A DNA stretch of 40,000 nucleotides, taken from NCBI RefSeq assembly GCF_021028995.1, contig NZ_JAJJZG010000002.1:290468-330467 (forward strand). Direction: 5' to 3'. The stretch is from Halobacterium sp. KA-4. Its GTDB lineage: Archaea; Halobacteriota; Halobacteria; Halobacteriales; Halobacteriaceae. The notes beneath the pieces are model-generated. The model saw nothing but the letters and a program-made list of their open reading frames with translations, was not told where the DNA came from and ran no database searches. Shown here piece by piece: positions 33,842-40,000 of the stretch; position 1 is the stretch's first letter, and every line of letters begins with the position of its first letter. The translations under genes and the position numbers were made by a program.

Positions 33842-34933
33842 ATGTTCGACGGGCTGAAGGACAAACTCTCGAACTTCCGCGAGGACGCCGAGGAGGTCGC
33901 GGAGGAGAACGCAGAAGAACTCGACAGCGACGAGGCCGCCGGAGCCGAATCCGAGGCGGACGTCGCGGAGGCCGACGCAGAGGCCGCCGACGTCGAGGGC
34001 GAAGCAGCCGAACCCGAGGCGGAAGCCGAGGAGTCCGAGAGTTCTAGCGGCGGGTTCGTGAGCAAGGCGTCGTCGCTGGCGCGCGGGCGCGTCGTCATCG
34101 ACGAGGAGGACCTCGACGGCCCGCTGCGCGAACTCGAACTCGCGTTGCTGGAGAGCGACGTGGAGATGAGCGTCGCCGAGGAGATTCTCGACCAGATTCG
34201 CGCGGACCTCGTCGGCGAGGAGCGCAAGTTCACGGAGAGCACCGGCGCGCTCGTGGAGGACGCGCTCCGCGACGCGCTGCTGTCGGTCATCGACGTGAAC
34301 GGCTTCGACTTCGAGGAAGCCATCGCCGACGCGGAGAAGCCGGTGACGGTCGTGTTCACGGGCGTCAACGGCGTCGGGAAGACGACGACTATCGCGAAGC
34401 TCGCGCGACGACTCGAAGACCAGGGGTACTCGGTCGTGCTGGCGAACGGCGACACGTACCGCGCCGGCGCGAACGAACAGTTGCAGGAGCACGCCGACAA
34501 CCTCGGCGTGAAGCTCATCAGCCACGAGCAGGGCGGCGACCCGACCGCGGTCGTGTACGACGCCGTCGAGTACGCCGAGGCCAACGACGTCGACGTCGTG
34601 CTCGGCGACACGGCCGGCCGACTGCACACATCAAGCGGGCTGATGGACCAGCTCGCGAAACTCGACCGCGTCGTCGACCCCGACTACACGGTGTTCGTCG
34701 ACGAGGCAGTCGCGGGCCAGGACGCCGTCAACCGCGCTCGCGAATTCGACGACGCCGCGAGCATCGACGGCACGATTCTGACGATGGCCGACGCGGACAG
34801 CCAGGGCGGCGCCGCCATCTCGGTGTCGCACGTGACGGGGAAGCCGATTCTGTTCCTCGGCACCGGGCAGGGGTACGACGACCTCCAGAAGTTCGACCCG
34901 GAGGCGCTCGTCGACGACCTGCTCGCGGACTGA
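33842..34933 (+). CDS. ftsY: Signal recognition particle receptor FtsY
   Basis: Acidic N-terminal region followed by an NG domain with GVNGVGKTTTIAKLA, DTAGR and a TMAD element. Confidence 0.9.
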   Translation: MFDGLKDKLSNFREDAEEVAEENAEELDSDEAAGAESEADVAEADAEAADVEGEAAEPEAEAEESESSSGGFVSKASSLARGRVVIDEEDLDGPLRELELALLESDVEMSVAEEILDQIRADLVGEERKFTESTGALVEDALRDALLSVIDVNGFDFEEAIADAEKPVTVVFTGVNGVGKTTTIAKLARRLEDQGYSVVLANGDTYRAGANEQLQEHADNLGVKLISHEQGGDPTAVVYDAVEYAEANDVDVVLGDTAGRLHTSSGLMDQLAKLDRVVDPDYTVFVDEAVAGQDAVNRAREFDDAASIDGTILTMADADSQGGAAISVSHVTGKPILFLGTGQGYDDLQKFDPEALVDDLLAD

Positions 34934-34975
34934 CCCGCCAGCAGCCATTTCCGGACGCCACCCGCAGCCGCGGGT

Positions 34976-36619
34976 ATGCGACATCTCCCCGGACCGCTGC
35001 TGGTCGTGAACCTCGACGACCGGGAGGCGTGGACCGAAGACGTCAGCGACGTCACCGAGCAGTACGTCGGCGGTCGCGGCGTCGCGACGCGGCTCGCGCA
35101 CGAGCGCATCCCGTTCGACGCAGACCCGCTCGGCCCCGAGAATCGACTGTTCTTCGCAGTAGGTCCGCTCCAGACGACGACCACGAGCTTCGCCGGCCGT
35201 ACGAACCTGACGGGCGTTAGCCCGCTCACTGGTGGCTTGCTCTCCTCGAACGCGGGCGGTTATCTCTCCCGAAACCTCGCGAGTACCGGCTACGCCGCGG
35301 TCGAACTCCGTGGTGCGAGTGACGACCTCGTCGCCGTCCACGTCACCGACGATGGCGTCGAGTTCGAGGACGTGCCTGAACTCGCCGACGCACTCGTGCC
35401 CGCGGTCTCGCGACGCATGGCCGAGGCCCACGACCTCGACGCGGCGCACCTCGCGACCGTCGGCCCGGCGGGCGAGCACGGCGTGCGCTTCGCGTCCGTG
35501 ATGACCTACGACCACCGCGCGTTCGGCCGCGGCGGCCTCGGTGCCGTCCTCGGCGCGAAGGGCGTGAAGTGCGTGTCTTTCGACGGCGACAGCGAACCCA
35601 CGCTCGATGTCCCCGAGGGCGCGCTGTCGGCCATCGACGAGGCGGCCGCGACCAGCGACGACCCCAAGCGCACGCAGGGCACGCCGAGCACGGTCAACCT
35701 CCTCAACGACGAGTACTCGCTGCCGACGCGGTACTTCAGTGAGCAGTCCTTTGAGGGCGCGGACGAACTGAACGGCGACGCGGTCGAGGCGAAGAAGTAC
35801 GAGAAGGCGACGTGTTCGGACTGCGTGTTCGCGTGCAAGCTCCCGACCCGCGACGAGGAGACGGGAATCGAGACGGAGGGCCCGGAGTACGAGGCGACGT
35901 TCTCGCTGGGCGCGAACGTCGGCGTCGGCGACCTCGTCGACGTGATGCAGTCCAACGACCTGTGTGACGCGCTCGGCCTGGACGTCATCTCCTGCGGGGA
36001 CGCTATCGCGGCGTACCTTGCCAGCGAGGACGCGTTCGGGGACGCCGACCACGTCCACGACCTCGTCACGAAAATCGCGTACCGCGAGGGCGTCGGTGAC
36101 GTGCTCGCGGAGGGCGTGAGCGCGGCGGCCGACGAATTCGGCGTCCGCGACTGGACGGTCAAGAACCTCGGGTTCCCCGGCCACGACGGCCGCGTTCTCC
36201 ACGGCCAGGGGCTCTCGTACGCGGTCGCGAATCGCGGCGCCGACCACCTCTACGCGTCCGTGCTCTCCGACGAGTACGGCGACGTCCCCGAGGACACGCT
36301 CGACGGGAAACCCGAACTAGTCGTCCAGCGCGAGAACGAGCGCGCGCTCGAGGACGCCGCCATCGCGTGTACGTTCTCCGGCGGCAACGTCACCGACGAG
36401 CAGTACGAGGCGCTGCTCGACGCCTCGATGGAGGAATTACGGAACGTGGGCGCTCGCATCGTCACCCTAGAGCGCCACTTCAACAACGAGCGCGGCTTCG
36501 ACCGCGGCGACGACCGCCTCCCGTTCGACCTGCCGGGGCTGGCGGCCGCCATCGACGAGTACTACGAGCGCCGCGGCTGGAACGACGACGGCACGGTCCC
36601 GGAACAAGTCGTCCCCTAA
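34976..36619 (+). CDS. aor: Aldehyde:ferredoxin oxidoreductase (AOR) family protein
   Basis: AOR N-terminal domain (YVGGRGVATRL...GPENRLFFAVGPL). Cys cluster CSDCVFAC. 547 aa. Confidence 0.85.
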   Translation: MRHLPGPLLVVNLDDREAWTEDVSDVTEQYVGGRGVATRLAHERIPFDADPLGPENRLFFAVGPLQTTTTSFAGRTNLTGVSPLTGGLLSSNAGGYLSRNLASTGYAAVELRGASDDLVAVHVTDDGVEFEDVPELADALVPAVSRRMAEAHDLDAAHLATVGPAGEHGVRFASVMTYDHRAFGRGGLGAVLGAKGVKCVSFDGDSEPTLDVPEGALSAIDEAAATSDDPKRTQGTPSTVNLLNDEYSLPTRYFSEQSFEGADELNGDAVEAKKYEKATCSDCVFACKLPTRDEETGIETEGPEYEATFSLGANVGVGDLVDVMQSNDLCDALGLDVISCGDAIAAYLASEDAFGDADHVHDLVTKIAYREGVGDVLAEGVSAAADEFGVRDWTVKNLGFPGHDGRVLHGQGLSYAVANRGADHLYASVLSDEYGDVPEDTLDGKPELVVQRENERALEDAAIACTFSGGNVTDEQYEALLDASMEELRNVGARIVTLERHFNNERGFDRGDDRLPFDLPGLAAAIDEYYERRGWNDDGTVPEQVVP

Positions 36620-37044
36620 ATCGGCGCTTCGGGGTCTGGCGTCTCCGCGTCCACGAGGACGAGGTCGAGACGCTCGTCGTCGCGGTCGTACGCGCGCACG
36701 TCTTCGATGTCCCACGGCGGCACCGCCACCAGCACGGTCGCGTGGAGGTCGTCGGTAACCGAAACTGTCGGGTCGCCGTCCGGATGGGAGACGAACCGCC
36801 CCGCCGTCTGGCCGGTCGGCGCCGCGAGGTCCATCCCGAAGACGCCGGACAGCGAACTGCCCGCGTCCGGGAAGTAGAACTCCGAGAGCACGCGCGTCTC
36901 CGGGTCCAGCCCGATCTGTCCGTCCGTCGGCTGGAGGTCGCCCGCGCGCGTCGCGGCGAGCCGCACCGAGATGCTGTCCGGGTCGGCGTCCGCCGCGAGT
37001 TCACAGAGCACGGAGACGAGCGCTCTCGTAGCGTACGTAGGCAC
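36616..37044 (-). CDS. Hypothetical acidic protein with a degenerate JAMM/MPN-like motif
   Basis: 142 aa. GRFVSHPDGDPTVSVTDD fits H-x7-S-x2-D, but Val replaces the first His of the usual HxH. Overlaps the AOR gene end by 4 nt (convergent). Confidence 0.55.
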   Translation of the reverse strand: MPTYATRALVSVLCELAADADPDSISVRLAATRAGDLQPTDGQIGLDPETRVLSEFYFPDAGSSLSGVFGMDLAAPTGQTAGRFVSHPDGDPTVSVTDDLHATVLVAVPPWDIEDVRAYDRDDERLDLVLVDAETPDPEAPI

Positions 37045-37288
37045 GACCCGACGTAGGGCGGGCGTGCGGTTGAACGTACCGACTGTGTGGCTCGCGTGCT
37101 ACGTCGCTCGCCGACGCTGGTCGCTTCGGCGGAGAGCACCACGCTGCTCGCGGGTCACTCCGTTCCCCGCTCGCCATCTGGTGGCGCGCGACTCACGGCT
37201 CGCTATCTCTCACCGTTCGTCTTAACGTGGCGCGCCACGCTTTCCAGAAAAAGGCTCTTACGGGCCCACCACCTATCGGACAGTAATA

Positions 37289-38677
37289 ATGGTACTCGAC
37301 GACCTCGGGAGTTCCCTGCGGGGGACACTCGACAAGCTCCGTGGGAAGTCCCGCATCTCCGAGGAGGACGTCGACGAAATCGTCAAGGAGATTCAGCGCT
37401 CGCTGCTCCAAGCCGACGTCGACGTGAGCCTCGTGATGGAGCTGTCCGACTCCATCGAAGAACGCGCCCTCGAGGAGGAGCCGCCGGGCGGCACGTCCGC
37501 CCGCGACCACGTCCTCCGCATCGTCTACGAGGAACTCGTCGACCTCGTCGGCGACTCCACCGAGATTCCGCTCGAAAACCAGACCATCCTGCTGGCCGGC
37601 CTGCAGGGGTCGGGGAAGACCACGACCGCGGCGAAGATGGCGTGGTGGTTCTCGAAGAAGGGGCTGCGCCCCGCAATCATCCAGACGGACACGTTCCGTC
37701 CGGGCGCGTACGACCAGGCCAAGCAGATGGCCGAGCGCGCGGAGGTCGCGTTCTACGGCGACCCCGACGGGGACGACCCCGTGAAAATCGCACGGGACGG
37801 CCTCGACGCCACCGAGGACGCCGACGTCCACATCGTGGACACGGCGGGTCGCCACGCGCTCGAAGACGACCTCATCAGCGAAATCGAGGACATCGAGTCG
37901 ACGGTCGAACCCGACCGCAGCCTGCTCGTGCTCGACGCCGCAATCGGCCAGGGCGCGAAAGACCAGGCCCGGGAGTTCGACGACTCCATCGGCATCGACG
38001 GCGTCGCCATCACGAAACTCGACGGGACGGCGAAAGGTGGCGGTGCGCTGACAGCCGTCGACGAGACGGGGTCGACCATCGCGTTCCTCGGGAGCGGGGA
38101 GACCGTCCAGGACATCGAGCGCTTCGAGCCGGACAGTTTCATCTCGCGGCTGCTCGGGATGGGCGACCTCAAGCAGCTCACCGAGCGCGTCGAGCGCGCG
38201 ATGGAGGAGACGGGGCTCAAGGAGGACGACGACTGGGACCCCGAGGACCTGATGAAAGGGGAGTTCACCCTCAAGGACATGCGCAAGCAGATGGAGGCCA
38301 TGGACAACATGGGCCCCCTCGACCAGGTGATGGACATGATTCCGGGGATGGGCGGCGGCATGATGGACCAGCTCCCGGACGACGCGATGGACGTCACCCA
38401 GGAGCGCATGCGGAACTTCAGCGTCATCATGGACTCGATGACCGAGGACGAGCTGGAGAACCCCCGCTCCATCGGCGCCTCGCAGGTCCGCCGCATCGCG
38501 AAGGGGTCCGGGCAGAGCGAGGAGACCATCCGCGAACTGCTCGACCAGCACAAGATGATGGCCCAGACGATGAAGCAGTTCCAGGGGATGGGCGACGGCG
38601 ACATGCAGCGCATGATGAAGCAGATGCAGCAGGGCGGCGGTGGCGGTGGAGGCGGCGGCTTCGGCGGCATGTTCTGA
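37289..38677 (+). CDS. srp54: Signal recognition particle protein SRP54
   Basis: NG domain ([21 protein letters not shown]) followed by a Met-rich M domain and a Gly-rich tail. Confidence 0.95.
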   Translation: MVLDDLGSSLRGTLDKLRGKSRISEEDVDEIVKEIQRSLLQADVDVSLVMELSDSIEERALEEEPPGGTSARDHVLRIVYEELVDLVGDSTEIPLENQTILLAGLQGSGKTTTAAKMAWWFSKKGLRPAIIQTDTFRPGAYDQAKQMAERAEVAFYGDPDGDDPVKIARDGLDATEDADVHIVDTAGRHALEDDLISEIEDIESTVEPDRSLLVLDAAIGQGAKDQAREFDDSIGIDGVAITKLDGTAKGGGALTAVDETGSTIAFLGSGETVQDIERFEPDSFISRLLGMGDLKQLTERVERAMEETGLKEDDDWDPEDLMKGEFTLKDMRKQMEAMDNMGPLDQVMDMIPGMGGGMMDQLPDDAMDVTQERMRNFSVIMDSMTEDELENPRSIGASQVRRIAKGSGQSEETIRELLDQHKMMAQTMKQFQGMGDGDMQRMMKQMQQGGGGGGGGGFGGMF

Positions 38678-38725
38678 GGCTGCCGACCAGTACTGTTTTG
38701 CCGTGGGGCGCGTACCTCGGCGTGA

Positions 38726-39652
38726 ATGCCGGCACGACAACAGTCCCCACATCACGCCCGCGTCCGGCGAGTGACGCGCGTGCCGGTCGACGAGGTGCCC
38801 GACGGGTACCCGTTCGACGTGGACGCCAGCCACGCGCTCGAACTCGTCGTCGAGCGCGAGGGCGAGTCCGAGGACGCCCCCGAGATCGTTCGCGTCTTCG
38901 AGGCGTGGCCGAGCGGCGGCCACACCGGCAGTCGGCTGGCGCGCGTGCTGGACGCGGTCGGCGAGCCGGCCGGCAATCCGGGCGCGCTCGATGGGGAACG
39001 CGTCGCCCTCGAGTCGCGGGACGGCGCGTACCGCGTGGACGTCGAGAGAACACAGGCACTCCGCGAGCGGACGGTGCCCACGAGCGAGCGCACGCATTCG
39101 CTGGCGGAGGTCGCCATCGTCGCCGGCGCGCTCGCTGGCTTGCTTGGCTTCTTCCTCGCGTGGACGACGTACCGGTGGGCAGCGACGCCACTTGTGACGC
39201 TCGCAATCGTCGTGCTCGCGCTCTCGCTGGGCTACGACGCGTGGCGAACGCACGACACGACGTGGTCGCCGCGCCCACTCCCGTGGGCCGCTGGGGGCGT
39301 CGTCCCCATCTTGAACGTCGCCGTCGCCGCGGCGTACCTCGCGCGGAAGGCAGTCGCGCTCAACACGCCCGACGACGCCGCGGAGGTCTGGTGCGACCTC
39401 CTCGCGGGGACGGTCGTCGCGTTCGCGGTGGGGCTCGCGCTCGCGGCGTTCGACCTCACGTTCCCCGTCGGCGCGACTATCTTCGTGCACGCGTGGGCGC
39501 TCGCTCCGGTCGGCGTCTACCTCGACGCGCGCTCGGACCGCCACGGCTCCGACCAGCCCAAGCGGACGCTGTGGCTCGCCGGCGCGGCCGTGTTCGGCGG
39601 CGCGGGCGCGCTCGTCTACCTCCTGCGGACGGACGGCGTCGACCTACAGTAA
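38726..39652 (+). CDS. Hypothetical membrane protein with an N-terminal soluble domain
   Basis: 308 aa. About 110 acidic N-terminal residues are followed by several hydrophobic segments. No motif recognised. Confidence 0.55.
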   Translation: MPARQQSPHHARVRRVTRVPVDEVPDGYPFDVDASHALELVVEREGESEDAPEIVRVFEAWPSGGHTGSRLARVLDAVGEPAGNPGALDGERVALESRDGAYRVDVERTQALRERTVPTSERTHSLAEVAIVAGALAGLLGFFLAWTTYRWAATPLVTLAIVVLALSLGYDAWRTHDTTWSPRPLPWAAGGVVPILNVAVAAAYLARKAVALNTPDDAAEVWCDLLAGTVVAFAVGLALAAFDLTFPVGATIFVHAWALAPVGVYLDARSDRHGSDQPKRTLWLAGAAVFGGAGALVYLLRTDGVDLQ

Positions 39653-40000
39653 CTCCAGAATCCGCTCGCGGTCCCGGAAGTCCTCGGGGAGGCTCTCGGC
39701 GTCGAACCAGCGGACATCCTCGATTTCGGGTTCGCCCGAGGAGACGCGCACGAGCGGCGCGGCCCGGCTACCGCCGACGCGCCGTCCCGTGAACACGACC
39801 AGCGGCACGTGGACTCGCTCGGGGCCGCCGTAGTCGATGGCGAAGTCCCGCGCGTACAGCACGCCCGTCACCTCGGCCTCGATGTTCGTCTCCTCGCGGG
39901 TCTCCCGGACCGCGGTCTCGGCGAGCGACTCGCCGGGGTCCTGCGCGCCGCCCGGGTTCGTCCAGCCGTCCCGGTAGCCCTGCCTGACGCCGAGTACGCG
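39644..40000 (-). CDS. NUDIX hydrolase (5' end outside the window)
   Basis: The reading frame is open to the window edge. Nudix box GGAQDPGESLAETAVRETREETNI (Gx5Ex7REUxEExGU pattern). Overlaps the previous gene end by 9 nt (convergent). Confidence 0.8.
   Translation of the reverse strand, partial: RVLGVRQGYRDGWTNPGGAQDPGESLAETAVRETREETNIEAEVTGVLYARDFAIDYGGPERVHVPLVVFTGRRVGGSRAAPLVRVSSGEPEIEDVRWFDAESLPEDFRDRERILELL

Noticed and set aside
37045-37288. 244-nt divergent gap before srp54, considered as a site for SRP RNA, a tRNA or another repeat copy (multiple GCTCGC words; CGGTGAGAGATAGCGAGCC resembles CGGTGAGCAGCGAGCG at 28303-28318).
   Set aside because: The gap is too short and lacks the conserved helices expected for archaeal SRP RNA. 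No cloverleaf can be drawn and no repeat core is present. The word similarity is weak.

Overview
High-GC DNA encoding a very acidic proteome with archaeal information-processing genes, so this looks like a core chromosomal segment of a haloarchaeon (class Halobacteria). All functional calls come from motif and sequence recognition by eye; no database search was possible. I support about 48 protein genes and one tRNA-Gln(CUG). They include: a sulfur-trafficking cluster (TusA, rhodanese-MBL fusion, split YeeE/YedE, wHTH regulator, permease with a YHS/TRASH insert); purO; aspartate kinase; an ABC-2 exporter operon; uvrC/uvrB; hsp20; leuS; a thermosome subunit; a KH protein / trpS / RIO kinase / aIF1A block; sufS and an IscU-like scaffold; the conserved archaeal rpl39e-rpl31e-aIF6-pfdA-ftsY block; an AOR-family oxidoreductase; and srp54. 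I found no CRISPR array, rRNA, transposase, integrase or recognisable defence island. Many long Arg/Pro/Gly-rich ORFs in the track are antisense shadows typical of high-GC DNA. The most unusual signal is non-coding: a five-copy family of intergenic elements at 16456, 20627, 21876, 28042 and 29084. Each starts within a few nucleotides of a gene's stop codon and in that gene's orientation. Each has a T-tract, a long hairpin whose arms differ between copies but stay complementary, a conserved CTTGCGG-A-rich-GCACTCCTC segment, and in four copies a mosaic hairpin-rich tail. I cannot place it in any named repeat or ncRNA class. Secondary observations are: a 12-nt motif shared by two promoter regions of the sulfur cluster; nested inverted repeats around the TATA box of the IscU-like gene; a TTAA exactly midway between two divergent start codons; a structured 200-nt spacer upstream of trpS; a JAMM-like protein lacking one metal ligand; and tandem paralogous small acidic proteins.
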